From: Sanchytrium tribonematis | Lineage: Eukaryota | DNA length: 64,000 nt | Assembly (NCBI GenBank): GCA_018985235.1 | Contig: JADGIG010000005.1 | Coordinates: 1 to 64,000, forward strand | Direction: 5' to 3' | In this document: in pieces, positions 31,692 to 43,675 of the stretch | Layout of the letters: each line of letters opens with the position of its first letter | Numbering within the stretch: position 1 is the stretch's first letter | The notes under the pieces: model-generated | Database searches by the model: none | What the model saw: the letters and a program-made list of their open reading frames with translations, nothing else | Told to the model about the DNA's origin: nothing | Made by a program: the position numbers and the translations under genes

Positions 31692-34600
31692 TCAATCAAC
31701 TGGAGAATTTGGCACAGAACCAATATTTTCCAAAACTTCCGATTTCTGTGCATTTATATCATCCAAATTTTCTGCGACAACCTTGGAGTGTATGCATCTG
31801 TCGTAAAAACTTTCCAGTCTATTTTTATCTCCAGCAAAAGAAGTCAATTGTTCTAAGCAATTGGAGGTATAATCAAATTCCATTTTACCATACATGTCAG
31901 ATGGATCAAACATTGGGTTCTCAACCCATTTTAATTCGTTATTGCCTGGCTTAAAAAGCAAAAAACATGCTCCTGATCTATGAATATACTGCGAATATTC
32001 AGTAGGTGTTTTGTTATGAGAAAATGAGAGTTTATAGTGATCAGGAAACAAATAATCACTTTCAATATCAAGGATGTAACCAAGTTCAAGTGCCATTTGT
32101 CCCAGAAAGTAGCCCACTGGCATATTTGAGGCATAAAATTGGTCTAATTTTGAGACTTCTGGTGGTTCCAAAGCAAATCTTACGATGTACGGCTGACGGA
32201 ATGGATTTTTGTCACCCAGTAAGATGGTTTGCTCGGATGGCGTCTCCACCAACTTAAAACCAGTAGCAGCGGCGCTTCTGGTCCAAGAATGCACCAGATT
32301 TTCAACATAGTAACTACTGCTTAAAAGCCAATGAATTTGAAAATGATAGCACATTTTGGGATTATGTATGGTATCAAAGTGCAATACACATAGTTGCCGA
32401 TTGTCCAAGTCAGAATGCTTATTTGCGTCGATCATCATCTTCTCACTCAATCGAAACTTTTTTGCTGCATCCATAATTTGACTTTTGGATTTTTCAGAGA
32501 TTGAGTCAATGCTGTTTGATTTTGATCTGACAAACCAACCAAAAGAGCGATCTTGCTTGATTTCGTTGTATTGAGGAGTTAGGCGATAAAAGTAATGTCC
32601 GTCAAGTAATGTATGCTTGGATTTCACGTGCTCGAATAGTCCCTTGTTAAGCAATTCGTTTCCAAATTCTACGGCATCCTCTCTATTATTAATATCTTGG
32701 AAAGTTCGAATTAAGAAATCCACAAAATCATTTCCTAGAAATACCCTTTCATAAAAACGAAGATGCCATCTTCTATCTTTAAAATGAAGTCCATTTGCTG
32801 AATCTAACATCATTTTTGCAACCTGCTCCGTAGACACCGATTTTCGGGTAACATCAGTTGGAAAATTTTCAATGGTTGGGGTATTTGGGTCCTCAAATGG
32901 TTTTTGTAATTCATTTCGAACATGTGAAGCTGCCGAAAAAGTTGTCATTGATACACCTAGATTTGATACTGAATCCGCCAACTTTTTAGGCTTTATGCTA
33001 ATAGATTCCTTATCTCTATACTGCACCTTGACAAAATTTTCCAAAAAGCGCAAAAATCCAGCTATTCTAAGTTCTTCTTCGTCCAAAGTATCATTTTTGG
33101 GATTTATCAAAGACAAATTGCTGGGAGGGTTTTCTAATGGTATAAGCAGATATCTCGTCCTGTAAAAGCTCAGACTTTTAAGACTGTCATCATCTTTCCA
33201 ACCAGAAATCAATTGGTCTAGTGTATTCCAATTATACTTTTCGAAATTTGGAAAAGAAAATTCAGTAGAACATGGAGCAAATTTGATTGCGTGAGAAAAT
33301 GAAAGAAAATATCTATATTTGATCGATCCCCGATCATAATTGGCTTTTTTGATGTACCTTGTCACCTCAATCGAATTCGAAGGATAATCGATTGCAATCT
33401 TATGAACTTCTCTACTACGGACTAATTTTAGTCGCTCAATGGTTTGCTTTTCGCTTCTTGGATTTAAAATTTGCAATACTTGACTGGCATTTGAATTTTG
33501 TGAATATAAAGAAGGGTTGAGTCTTGATTTGAAAAACGAATTGTCATTTTTGCTGCCGTCTTTATAGTATTCTACAACTGGTCTTTCGATTTTAGTAGTT
33601 AGTGTATCAAATTGAGGTGAAGGAGATTTCGCAAGCCCGAGGTCCTTAAGACTATTTTCTTCCTGAGAACGATGAAGTTGAAACCCTTCAGAGAGCCTTA
33701 TGTATAACATATCTCTCAACTGTTCTTCTAGTGCGTCCAAATTATCGCTGTTAATTTTTTTAGCGAGTGAAACTCCTTCAATATTACCACCATTTGAAAT
33801 GTTATAATTGTATTCAAGATAATTAGCCAAAAGTTCAGATTTAGCAGGAAAGCTTTCTATTGTAACAGGTAATTGGGCAGGAAACAAAACGCTACTCCAT
33901 TTGACCTTTGCAATGTTATATTTAGTAATTTCATCTTCAAGGTAAAAATGTTCCCATCGTTTCATTGCCAGGTTTGTATCCGTTCTCATAATTTTTTGCA
34001 AACCGAACATTGGGGAGCTGTTTGCTGCGGATGGCGTTACGAGCCCTGAATTTTTAGTAAATGATTTTGATGGGCTGAATTTAATAGACATACCACTCGA
34101 TTCCCTACTTTGAGCGTTAGTTGCCTGAATCTTCTTGGCCCATTTATTTTCGGCATACTTGGGAGTGCGGTACCCAATCTTTTGCTGAATATCAATAGGA
34201 ACTGCATAAGTCTCCTTTTCTTGGAGATCTAATCTTGAGCTAAGGCTTTTGCTGCCTGGAGAGCCGTCAGATAAAGATAAGTTAGATTGATAAGAAGATG
34301 CTAATTCAAATTTTGGAGACTTTTCCCAGGGTAAACTGCTATTCTCATAGCTATCTTTCGTCGGTAATTTGTCTGTAGTGGTAGTTCTAGCTGCCTTGAA
34401 AACCTGCTCATCATATTCTTGAAATGCTTCATCATCGTCTCGAATTTCAAAGTCGTGTATTTTGTACTGCTTTCTTTGGCTATATTTCAGCTTCAAATTT
34501 TGAAATGGCTCTCTTAGAATCATTTTATCGGCATAGAGATTGTGTAACGTTTTAGTTTTCATAAAAGTGCATCCAGTATAATAGCTTAAGTCCAGCCATT

Positions 34601-35885
34601 CTGGAACATAATATATCCAAGAGGAGTCTCCAGTTATTTCATCGAAATCTCTATATAATGGATCGACTTCCGGTGGACTGGACTTCATTTGAGGTGGAGA
34701 TCTATCAAAGCTAAAATCATGCACACTTGGCAAAAATGCAAATACAGGAGTTTTTGAAAAAGGCGGCGGAGCTAGGCAAATTATGTCTAAGCCAGTACCA
34801 TATTCTAACATACGATCATTAAGAAGCCTTAATACTATTTTATCACAACAGACAATTCCATTTAGACTCGAAACTACTATCATTGAAAATCCTGTAGAAC
34901 TTAAATACAATTCTCTACCCCCAATCATATTCTCATGCGAGTTCATGGCTAAATTGACCGCTTCTAAAATATTTCCTTCTTTGGCAAACGCTAGCTGGAA
35001 GGCACCAACTTGATCATCGCTGTTGAGAATGCTTTCTCTAAAATTCAAGACATTTTTTCTAATATCGGTCATCAAGGTTTTATAATCGACAGTTTTGCTA
35101 TTTAACGACAAAATCTGATAAAAGTCTTTGCATGGGCGCCCCAGAAAATCTCTTTCGATATCTGTGGCTGATAGATTCAATATAGAAGAATTTAGGAGTG
35201 ATTCAGTATACCTAAGATTGTCTGAATAATCCTCAGTAAGAATGATTCTTCCGAATAATACAACTGTCAATCTATGATTTGTTTTCTCATCTTTCCATTG
35301 TTTACAGAGTTTGGGAATAATTCCAGATACCATTTTTTCATAATAAGTATCACCATCATGTGCAAAATCAAAAAGCTCCCGTGATATATGAAGAAAAAGA
35401 AACATTTGGGCAGATTTCGATCTGTAGATTGTCTTACTAGTGTTATCGTAATATGCACTTGGAACTTCTTTATCCCCGACAACAATTTTCCTAACCTGTG
35501 CCTTTAAAATACCGAAATTTAACGTTTTACCGACAAATAAGGCCCGCTTCTGTATAGAATTTGTAAATCTATGAAAATCTCCGTTTGAAAAATACTGATC
35601 TTTAATAGTAAACTCGATGTATGTAGCAACTGGAGGTTTTTCTGTTTTCGTGATAACCCCGTCTGCTCTTTGAGATATATTTAGAAGATTTGCAGCTTCA
35701 GTTCCTAATTGAACTTGTCCTAACCTACACAAACTCATTTTTGCTTGTAAGAATAAATGTGCATTTCGATCTTGCAATGTAATTTTGACATGGTCTTGAT
35801 TCTTAATGTGAGGAAATGCTTTTTCGTCCAGAACCAAATCATCTACGGAGTCACTTCTCCAAATGCTTGTGTTGAAGCTTTGCAT
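31692..35885 (-). CDS. IML1: GATOR1/SEACIT subunit Iml1/DEPDC5
   Basis: IYRSKSAQMFLFLHISRELFDF, GNILEAVNLA, DEP domain DRRWHLRFYERVFLGNDFVDFL, QYIHRSG. Confidence 0.95.
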   Translation of the reverse strand: MQSFNTSIWRSDSVDDLVLDEKAFPHIKNQDHVKITLQDRNAHLFLQAKMSLCRLGQVQLGTEAANLLNISQRADGVITKTEKPPVATYIEFTIKDQYFSNGDFHRFTNSIQKRALFVGKTLNFGILKAQVRKIVVGDKEVPSAYYDNTSKTIYRSKSAQMFLFLHISRELFDFAHDGDTYYEKMVSGIIPKLCKQWKDEKTNHRLTVVLFGRIILTEDYSDNLRYTESLLNSSILNLSATDIERDFLGRPCKDFYQILSLNSKTVDYKTLMTDIRKNVLNFRESILNSDDQVGAFQLAFAKEGNILEAVNLAMNSHENMIGGRELYLSSTGFSMIVVSSLNGIVCCDKIVLRLLNDRMLEYGTGLDIICLAPPPFSKTPVFAFLPSVHDFSFDRSPPQMKSSPPEVDPLYRDFDEITGDSSWIYYVPEWLDLSYYTGCTFMKTKTLHNLYADKMILREPFQNLKLKYSQRKQYKIHDFEIRDDDEAFQEYDEQVFKAARTTTTDKLPTKDSYENSSLPWEKSPKFELASSYQSNLSLSDGSPGSKSLSSRLDLQEKETYAVPIDIQQKIGYRTPKYAENKWAKKIQATNAQSRESSGMSIKFSPSKSFTKNSGLVTPSAANSSPMFGLQKIMRTDTNLAMKRWEHFYLEDEITKYNIAKVKWSSVLFPAQLPVTIESFPAKSELLANYLEYNYNISNGGNIEGVSLAKKINSDNLDALEEQLRDMLYIRLSEGFQLHRSQEENSLKDLGLAKSPSPQFDTLTTKIERPVVEYYKDGSKNDNSFFKSRLNPSLYSQNSNASQVLQILNPRSEKQTIERLKLVRSREVHKIAIDYPSNSIEVTRYIKKANYDRGSIKYRYFLSFSHAIKFAPCSTEFSFPNFEKYNWNTLDQLISGWKDDDSLKSLSFYRTRYLLIPLENPPSNLSLINPKNDTLDEEELRIAGFLRFLENFVKVQYRDKESISIKPKKLADSVSNLGVSMTTFSAASHVRNELQKPFEDPNTPTIENFPTDVTRKSVSTEQVAKMMLDSANGLHFKDRRWHLRFYERVFLGNDFVDFLIRTFQDINNREDAVEFGNELLNKGLFEHVKSKHTLLDGHYFYRLTPQYNEIKQDRSFGWFVRSKSNSIDSISEKSKSQIMDAAKKFRLSEKMMIDANKHSDLDNRQLCVLHFDTIHNPKMCYHFQIHWLLSSSYYVENLVHSWTRSAAATGFKLVETPSEQTILLGDKNPFRQPYIVRFALEPPEVSKLDQFYASNMPVGYFLGQMALELGYILDIESDYLFPDHYKLSFSHNKTPTEYSQYIHRSGACFLLFKPGNNELKWVENPMFDPSDMYGKMEFDYTSNCLEQLTSFAGDKNRLESFYDRCIHSKVVAENLDDINAQKSEVLENIGSVPNSPVD

Positions 35886-35911
35886 TTTTCAGGGGAATAC
35901 AATCAAATGTT

Positions 35912-36592
35912 TTATTTTCGAATAAGGCTAAGAAATTCTTCTCTGGTTTTCGGATCGCTTCGAAAAACTCCATGCATAGAAGAGGTGACTGTCTTTGCTT
36001 GTGTTTTAGAAACGCCTCGCATGACCATGCAAAAATGCTTACACTCAACAACTACTGCCACTCCTTGTGGCTCTAAAATATTCATTAAAGCGAGTGCAAT
36101 TTGTTTAGTCAATCGCTCTTGTACTTGCAATCTTCTTGCATAAACTTCCGCAATTCTTGCTAATTTTGATAGACCTATGACTCTCTGGTTTGGTATATAG
36201 GCGATATGTACTGTGCCGCTGAACGGAACCAGATGATGTTCACACAAACTGAAGATATCAATATCTTTTACAAGAACCATTTCTTCGTGGTCTTCATTAA
36301 ATAGCGCGCCATTTACAATATCTTTCATACAATCATGATATCCTTTTGTAAAATATAGTAATGCTTTTGCATAGCGTTCAGGAGTTTTCAACAAACCTTC
36401 ACGGCTTGGATCTTCTCCTACATATTTCAAGATAGTTTTCACTGCTTCGCTGATTTTTTCAATTTTTTCTTGTTCTTCCTCTTTCGTCACCTTGTCGGTA
36501 AAAGAAGGGGGCTTGAAGTCAAGCTTTCCAAATGCAATCGGAGAAGCACTTCTTTTAGACTCCCACTGGAATAGATCTTTATTATGTTCCAT
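35912..36592 (-). CDS. FOL2: GTP cyclohydrolase I
   Basis: [50 protein letters not shown]; likely ATG 36592. Confidence 0.97.
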   Translation of the reverse strand: MEHNKDLFQWESKRSASPIAFGKLDFKPPSFTDKVTKEEEQEKIEKISEAVKTILKYVGEDPSREGLLKTPERYAKALLYFTKGYHDCMKDIVNGALFNEDHEEMVLVKDIDIFSLCEHHLVPFSGTVHIAYIPNQRVIGLSKLARIAEVYARRLQVQERLTKQIALALMNILEPQGVAVVVECKHFCMVMRGVSKTQAKTVTSSMHGVFRSDPKTREEFLSLIRK

Positions 36593-36633
36593 CGCAGGAT
36601 TTGAATGTTTTAGGGGAATTCGCCATTTGGAAC

Positions 36634-38629
36634 ATGTTGCAAAACGCAATCAACGAATTATCAAAATTTTATGAATTTGAACCGATTGAATTTGTGAAGT
36701 TCGCGCAACCGGGATACCAGATCAAAGATCGAATTATATATTACAACACAGAAAATGATGCTTATAGGGGATTGGGTAACTGGATTTCGAAATGTAGTTT
36801 AAACGAATCTTCGAGTTTCGTTGGTAGAGGTATTATGATAGATTGCAGCAGGGGGGCTGTCCCATTGTTAGAGACTGTACATGCAGTTGTGCGTTTACTT
36901 GCTTTGCTTGGATATAATCAGTTATTTTTATATACGGAAGATACATATGCTGCGGATGCTAAATTATTTGGTTATTTAAGGGGAAGGTATACCAGGGAAG
37001 AAATCAGTAATATTGACAATTATTGCGCATTATTCTCCATTGAATTAATTCCATGTATTCAATTACTAGGACATTTGGGAAACTTGCTTCAATTTCCAAA
37101 TTACGAAAATGTTAAGGACACATCAGAGGTGCTTTTAGTTGGAGAAAGTCAAACTTATGAATTAATTAACAAAATGATTGATTTCTGGCAGGTTGTCAGG
37201 TCTAAGAGAATGCATATTGGACTAGACGAGACTTATGGATTAGGATCCGGTGGCTATAAAAAGAAATTTGGCGAAGCTCCCATGAAAACAATTTTCTTGT
37301 CACACCTGCAAAAAGTCATTGACATTTGTAAATCAAAAGGCATTCGTCCAATGATGTGGAGTGACATGCTCTTTTCTTTAAATGGCGAAGAGACGTTTTA
37401 CAAATCGGGCCCTAATGTTTCCAATGTCAGTGACGATATTGATTATGTTTATTGGGACTACTTTCATTTAAACGAAAACTCCTACAAGGAAAGAATCAAT
37501 CAACATTTACAGATAGGTGTGCAAAAAAATTTGATAATGGCACCTGGAGTGATGTGCTGGAACCGATTTTGGACTGCTATTCCATTTGCGATGAAATCCG
37601 TAGATGCTTGTGTTAGCGCCTGCAATTCTTTGAACGTAAATCGAATTCTTTACACACTATGGGGTGACGATCTTAACGAATACGATTTGACCAGCACATT
37701 TCCCGCGATAATCTACCTAAGCGATAAACTTTTTAATGGTACACAATCGAGAGAAAAGTTTATGTCTCTTTGCGGTGGAGACTGGAACTCCTTCATTGAA
37801 GCAAGCAGGATCGATAATCCTCTCTCTAAGCCATATTTAAATAATTTAGAAGTCCAAATTCCATCTAATGCATCCAAATGGCTTTTATGGAATGATCCTA
37901 TCACAAATTTCATGCGACCACAAGTCTCATCCGAAGAAATTCAGGCTTACCAAGAGATATCAAAAAACTTGTTAGATGCGATTTCGACTCAGAAAAACTA
38001 CCCATTAAATAGAAGACTTCTCATTCCAGCTCTTTTAAGTGCGATAGTTTATGAGAAGATTCGTTTAAAAGAAAATCTTCTAAGTTCTTATCGCGAAAAA
38101 AATATAAGCAAAATTGAACAAAGTTTGTCGGATTATCTAAAACCCTTGGAGAGTTTAGTCGAAAGACTTTGGAGGGCCCATAGATACTTATGGATGTCTC
38201 AATATAAGCCGTTTGGTAAATTATGCTGATTTAGGATGGGAGGTTTTAGAATTGAGATATGGTGGTTTGATGCTCAGATTAAAGTCTTTACATGAACGAA
38301 TTTTAGCATATGTTGCATATTTAAAGCATGGTGAAACATCAGATCCTTTCGACTGGTTCAATCCCGACGTTTTTCCGATTAAAAGTGACGACGATCCTTC
38401 ACCAATGGAACTGTATGATTCAACTAGAATGTCAATTTCGTTCGTCAACCTTAAAAGCACAGACAAGGTCAATGATTACACCACGCATCTGGATTTGATG
38501 CTTCCGTTGAAGCCAATGGAAGATTTGGAAGCTGAATTGGAGAAAGTATGGCAAGACAAGGGCCTTTCTGATATTTTTCAAGATTACAGAAGAAGCTGTA
38601 CCATGATGCGCAACCTTGGTTTTGGTTAA
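36634..38629 (+). CDS. GH20 beta-N-acetylhexosaminidase (HEXD-like), join(36634..38215,38235..38629)
   Basis: [37 protein letters not shown]. Intron removal gives [15 protein letters not shown]. Confidence 0.9.
38216..38234 (+). other. 19-nt spliceosomal intron GTAAATTATGCTGATTTAG
   Basis: Removal restores KPFGWEV; contains CTGAT branch-like motif. Confidence 0.93.
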
Positions 38630-38637
38630 TAAATTTA

Positions 38638-40099
38638 CTATAATCTAGCTCCCTGTAGACCTTGTTGAATTCTTCTACCCAATTCTTCATTCACCTTGAA
38701 CCACCATTTCAATTGTCTTTCTTGAATATGCTTTTTGGCATTTTTTAAATGGCCAGAGACATTCTTTGCCAAATTTAATTTTTGCTCGGCAGTAAATACA
38801 TTGTACAAATTTCCTGCCTGCACGAAATCATCATCTGTAAGCTTGACATCAAATCTTCCAAGCAAACCACCTAGATTGTGAGAGGAATAAGTAGTTTTGC
38901 CACCGACTTCCTTAACAGTAGTATATGAGTTAGGGTCATAATTTGGGGCACTGCCATGATTCCCATTCACAGTCATTGGTCCATCTCTTTGGTGATTAGC
39001 AATTTGCGCATTGTAAGCTCTGTTAATTGGAATCTGTTGATAATTGGCACCAAGTCTATATAAGAAAAGAATACCTGTGTCTGTGTGTATCTGGGTAACT
39101 AAAGAGACGTGCTTGCAACATTTTGTCAAATGATGCATCAATACCTGGAACCAGATGGCTCGGAGAGTATGCAACTTGCTCGACTTCTGCAAAATAATTC
39201 TCTGGGTTTCTATTAAGAACCATTTTACCCACTGGAATTAATGGAAAATCAGAATGAGGCCACACTTTGGTAACATCTAGGATATTCCATCTGTATTTCT
39301 CAGCCTGTTCCTCTGTCATGATCTGAACATAAGCAGACCAACTTGGATATTGTCCTTTTTCGATAGAATTGAACAAATCTCTCGTAGCATAATCCGGATC
39401 ACTACCAGCCAATTGCCCTGCTTTTTCAGCTTGCAAATTTTTAATTTTTTGATCAGTTTTGAAATGCCATTTGAAGTATACGTATTTTCCATTTCTGTCA
39501 ACAAATTTGAAGGTATGCGATGAGTAACCATTTAGATGTCTGTAGCCATCAGGAGTTCCGCGGTCAGAGAATAAAATGCTGACTTGATGAATAGATTCAG
39601 GTACTAGAGAGAGAAAATCCCAGAACATATCTGGATCTTTCAAGTGAGTTTGAGGATTTCTTTTTTGAGTGTGGATAAAGTCTGGAAATTTCACTCCATC
39701 CCGGATGAAAAACACTGGTGTGTTGTTTCCAGTCATATCCCAGTTTCCTTCTTCAGTATAAAACTTGACAGCAAATCCTCTAGGGTCTCTTTCGGTATCA
39801 GCACTTCCTGATTCTCCACCGACTGTGCTAAATCTCAAAAATACCGGAGTCCGCTTTCCAACTTTATTTAAAAATTTGGCGCAAGTGTATTTTGAAATGT
39901 CATGTGTTACTTCAAAATAGCCATGAGCTGCTGCTCCTTTTGCGTGAACTACTCTTTCAGGGATTCTCTCACGATCGAAATGAGCCAGTTTGTCAATGAG
40001 GTGAAAGTCTTGAAGTAAAACTGGTCCTTTTTGACCAACAGTGATGCTAAATTGATTGCTATCGACTGGATTGCCGTTTGAAGTTGTAAGTCTTGACAT
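38638..40099 (-). CDS. Monofunctional heme catalase, join(39075..40099,38638..39055), peroxisomal (PTS1 ARL)
   Basis: [27 protein letters not shown]. Intron removal restores [18 protein letters not shown]-terminal ARL. Confidence 0.97.
39056..39074 (-). other. 19-nt spliceosomal intron GTATTCTTTTCTTATATAG
   Basis: Removal restores DTHRHRLGANY exactly. Confidence 0.95.
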
Positions 40100-40159
40100 T
40101 TTTCCAAGGGGTAAAATTACCCCACGAATAAATTGAGAGATTTTGTATAAATAATTTAC

Positions 40160-40420
40160 TTACGCATTGACAGTATCTTTTAAAAAATCAAATAATTCAT
40201 TAGTTTCGACACACTTCGAGATATGATCAGGCGTAATTTTTTTCGTTTCCTCATTTCTAGCCACATCGGCAGCTTCCTTCAAAATTTTCGACAAAAATAG
40301 CTCCAATGACTTGGAAACTAATACTGGAGCAGCTTGGGCAACCTTCCCTATTTCCTCATCGGTTTGCATGACCTTTTTAATCCTTGCAATCGGGAAGACG
40401 CTTAATTTTAATTTTGCCAT
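40160..40420 (-). CDS. BUR6: NC2 alpha / DRAP1 histone-fold protein
   Basis: FPIARIKKVMQTDEEIGKVAQAAPVLVSKSLELFL, FDFLKD; ATG 40420. Confidence 0.92.
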   Translation of the reverse strand: MAKLKLSVFPIARIKKVMQTDEEIGKVAQAAPVLVSKSLELFLSKILKEAADVARNEETKKITPDHISKCVETNELFDFLKDTVNA

Positions 40421-40443
40421 ACACAAGGAGTCGGTCAAGAAAA

Positions 40444-41307
40444 ATGTCTATGATTGATGCAAATTTCCCAACAGATGCCGAAGGGAAAACTTATCATGTC
40501 GGGACTAAATGCGGACAAGTTGCAAACAGAATCATAACAGTTGGTGACCCACATAGAGCTAGATCAATTTCCACTTTTCTTGATACCATTTATTTTGAAT
40601 ATACTTCAAAACGAGGATTTTTGACGATAACGGGTTCATACAAAGGAACCGCAATAAGCATAGTTGCGATTGGAATGGGTGCAGCAATGATGGACTTTTT
40701 TGTCCGGGAAGTTCGACACGTTGTCCAAGGGGAGCTTGTAATTTTTCGATTTGGTAGTTGTGGCGCAATCAACAATGCAACTGTTGGTAATATCGTCGTA
40801 GCTTCTAATGCTCTTTTTATTTATAAAAACTATAAACACTTTTACGAAAACACGAATAACAAATACGAATTTTCAGATGTACTTCCCGCAAATGAGAATT
40901 GTATTGAAATCTTGATTAAAGAGCTTCGCAGCAATCTAAAACATGTTAATATTCACCAAGGACTTTGTGCTACTGGAGATTCCTTTTATTCAAGTCAAGG
41001 AAGAATTGGCACTCATTTTGCAGATAAAAATGAAAAATTAATTGAAACTCTTTTGAAAACACATCCAACAACTGAAATATTAGAGATGGAAGTTTATCCG
41101 CTGTACCATTTGGCCGATATTTCTTTAGATAAATCCATATCTGTCGTAGCCGCAGCCATGGTGTTTGCAGACCGAAAGCGAAATTTATTTCTACCTCCAG
41201 AACAGGCCAGTGTACTTGAAAAAGAGGCAGCAAAATCTTTTTTGGACGCAATAGTCCAGATTCCTGTTGTGAATGAACATAGTCTATATGCTGTTTGGAA
41301 AAAGTAA
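40444..41307 (+). CDS. Purine/uridine phosphorylase family protein
   Basis: ANRIITVGDPHRA, RGFLTITG, IGMG, RFGSCG, DSFYSSQGR, LEME. Confidence 0.88.
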   Translation: MSMIDANFPTDAEGKTYHVGTKCGQVANRIITVGDPHRARSISTFLDTIYFEYTSKRGFLTITGSYKGTAISIVAIGMGAAMMDFFVREVRHVVQGELVIFRFGSCGAINNATVGNIVVASNALFIYKNYKHFYENTNNKYEFSDVLPANENCIEILIKELRSNLKHVNIHQGLCATGDSFYSSQGRIGTHFADKNEKLIETLLKTHPTTEILEMEVYPLYHLADISLDKSISVVAAAMVFADRKRNLFLPPEQASVLEKEAAKSFLDAIVQIPVVNEHSLYAVWKK

Positions 41308-41336
41308 ATATACGTTCTTTTTTGACACAAAGGAAA

Positions 41337-42194
41337 ATGGACCATGATTTAATGGCACTCAATATATCAACAGATGAGAAGGTATCTGAACAAGAAATAC
41401 AAAAAACGAGTACACCAGAAAGCAAAGAGATTGAAGAAGTTGAGGAGGAATCAGGCAAAATTGAACAATCTTACGAAAACACTGATCAAATTGAAAATTT
41501 GAGCCACCGCGCCTCGCCATTGCTCGCACCAAAATCACCACTTTTGGAGGAAAACCGGGCTGATATTAAAAACGATTTGGATGCCGTTCAATCAGATGAA
41601 TCTGTGAAAAGTTTATCTGTGAAATCTGGAAGTCCTATTAAGGATTCTAATCAAGCAAGCCCTGCAAAACTTTCACTTTATAACAGTCCAGTAATAGAAT
41701 CAGATAGTCTACCAGAAAAATCACGCTCAGTATATGTTTCTAAAATTGACGCAGGTATTGCAATTTTAATGAGTGACGACTATCATCTTATTGAGTGGCC
41801 AGTCAGTTTGCTTCCACCAGACATAAGGCAAGGTATGTACTTTGACTTAAATATATCCGAAAATGTAGAGAAAAAGATGAAAGAAGAAAAATCATTTTAT
41901 GATTTTCAAACTACTCTTCTGGAAAAATATTCAACACCGAAGCCATTGCCTAAAATAAAAGCAATGGCAAGAGGTCATGGGATTCAGATTGAAGTTGAAA
42001 ATTTGATTGATCTGAGTCCAAAATACATAGAAATTTATATCGATGATCAAGAATACAAGAAAAGTTTTGAAAAATTATCAGAAAATGCAGTTCTGATAAG
42101 TTTAGAAAAAGGTAAAACTTATAATGTTTTTATTAAAGCACATACTTCAAGTGGAACCTTTGAAAGTAATCGGGAAGATATTGAAATTGTTTAA
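41337..42194 (+). CDS. Chs5 N-terminal-domain/FN3-like protein with acidic N-terminal extension
   Basis: VSKIDAGIAILMSDDYHLIEWPVSLLPPDI matches the CHS5_N motif; beta-rich FN3-like end. Confidence 0.7.
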   Translation: MDHDLMALNISTDEKVSEQEIQKTSTPESKEIEEVEEESGKIEQSYENTDQIENLSHRASPLLAPKSPLLEENRADIKNDLDAVQSDESVKSLSVKSGSPIKDSNQASPAKLSLYNSPVIESDSLPEKSRSVYVSKIDAGIAILMSDDYHLIEWPVSLLPPDIRQGMYFDLNISENVEKKMKEEKSFYDFQTTLLEKYSTPKPLPKIKAMARGHGIQIEVENLIDLSPKYIEIYIDDQEYKKSFEKLSENAVLISLEKGKTYNVFIKAHTSSGTFESNREDIEIV

Positions 42195-42200
42195 TAAATT

Positions 42201-43675
42201 TTATTGAGTCTTCTTTTTGGGTCTAGTTGCCAGATATTCGTAAAATTCTTTATGTACCGCACTAAGAAGTTTATAATATTCACTCATACTAAATAAAAAG
42301 ATGAACATAATAGCCTGTTCTTCTCGTAACTTTTTTGCAATTGGAAAACTAAATAAATTTTAAATTACTTGATAATATCATTGTGAATAAATTTTAAAAT
42401 AATCAAAACAATGTAACCCAAATATGACTTGGGAAACAAGGGAAAAGATTGATTTAAAACTCTAGCGCATATAATGGTTGTAGTAGAGTATGCAAAACTG
42501 AACACCCAACCAAAAATGAGGAGAGCAAATTGCTTAGGTGATGCCACGTGATCTGAAGTAATCATGTAGTACAAAATCGCAGAATTGAAACCAAAAAATG
42601 GGATAAATTGGTGCAATTTAAATAAACCGGAAAGTTTTTTCTTTTTCAATACGTTAAGAATGCAGGCCACACTGGAAATTGCCGTAAAAACTATAGAAAT
42701 AATAACAAGAAGTTGGATCAGTGTCATACCTTGCTTGAAATTGAATAGACCATTCTTGCCAGCAATAAAGTTAAATAAATCTTCTAGGGGGATGTTTTTC
42801 ATTTTGTCAATCGATCTGGTCTCGAAGTAAGTGTATGCAATACCCAAGGTTTCAATTAAGTCATTGACAAACTTCAAAGGTAGATCAAATAATGCCAATT
42901 GTGTAGCTTTTGAAACATTCACTAAAACAACTCCAAAATAAGTTGATAGTGAAAACAAAATTCTAACTACGTACTGACAAACAAGTTCAACGTAAGAAAT
43001 GATGGTAGTGTTTTGAATCAATTTAAAATGCCAATGTTCCTTGCTTGGAAACAATATGAGCAGACCAGCCATAGCGAATAAACCTTCAATTGCCCCACTC
43101 AACACTCCAAAATACAAAACTTTAGTGTGAAATTCCTCCCATGCATTCATGTAAAACACTGTCAAACAGCAAATGAGGTACGCATAAAATTGATTTTCAT
43201 CCAAACCAATGAGAAAGTACAAATTAATGCAAACAAGACCTGTTACTAGTCCGTCAATGCCGTGGTCAAGTAAGTGTCCCACTGGAGATGAGGAATTAGT
43301 TCTTCTCGCTTGCTTTCCATCTAAAGAGTCAATTGCTTGGTAAAGAACTAACATTATAGCATTCATATAAAAACCGTATTTGTCAAAAACATCATTAAGA
43401 TTCAAATTTCCAAAAATTGGCTGCTTGAATGCTTTAGAGAGTAAAGGGTGTTCATCGGAATAAAAGCTTAGTGCAAATACCATAGTAAACAAAGTATAAA
43501 AGACACCATTGAATACAGTCATCTGATTTGGTGAGATGCTCTTAGGCACGGCGTAAATTACCATTGAGTATATTGGATCCAAGACTAGTCTGGAAAGGAT
43601 AGAGTGACAAACGCTTTTGTATTCAAAAATGTCAAGATTTTTTAACACTCTTTGAGTGAAAACTTTTTTTGCCAT
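42201..43675 (-). CDS. Choline/ethanolamine phosphotransferase (CDP-alcohol phosphotransferase), join(42369..43675,42201..42348)
   Basis: YQAIDSLDGKQARRTNSSSPVGHLLDHGID, WEEFHT; a 20-nt intron extends the C-terminus to ...RPKKKTQ. Confidence 0.9.
42349..42368 (-). other. 20-nt spliceosomal intron GTAATTTAAAATTTATTTAG
   Basis: Removal opens about 49 further codons ending 6 bp from the convergent gene. Confidence 0.82.
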
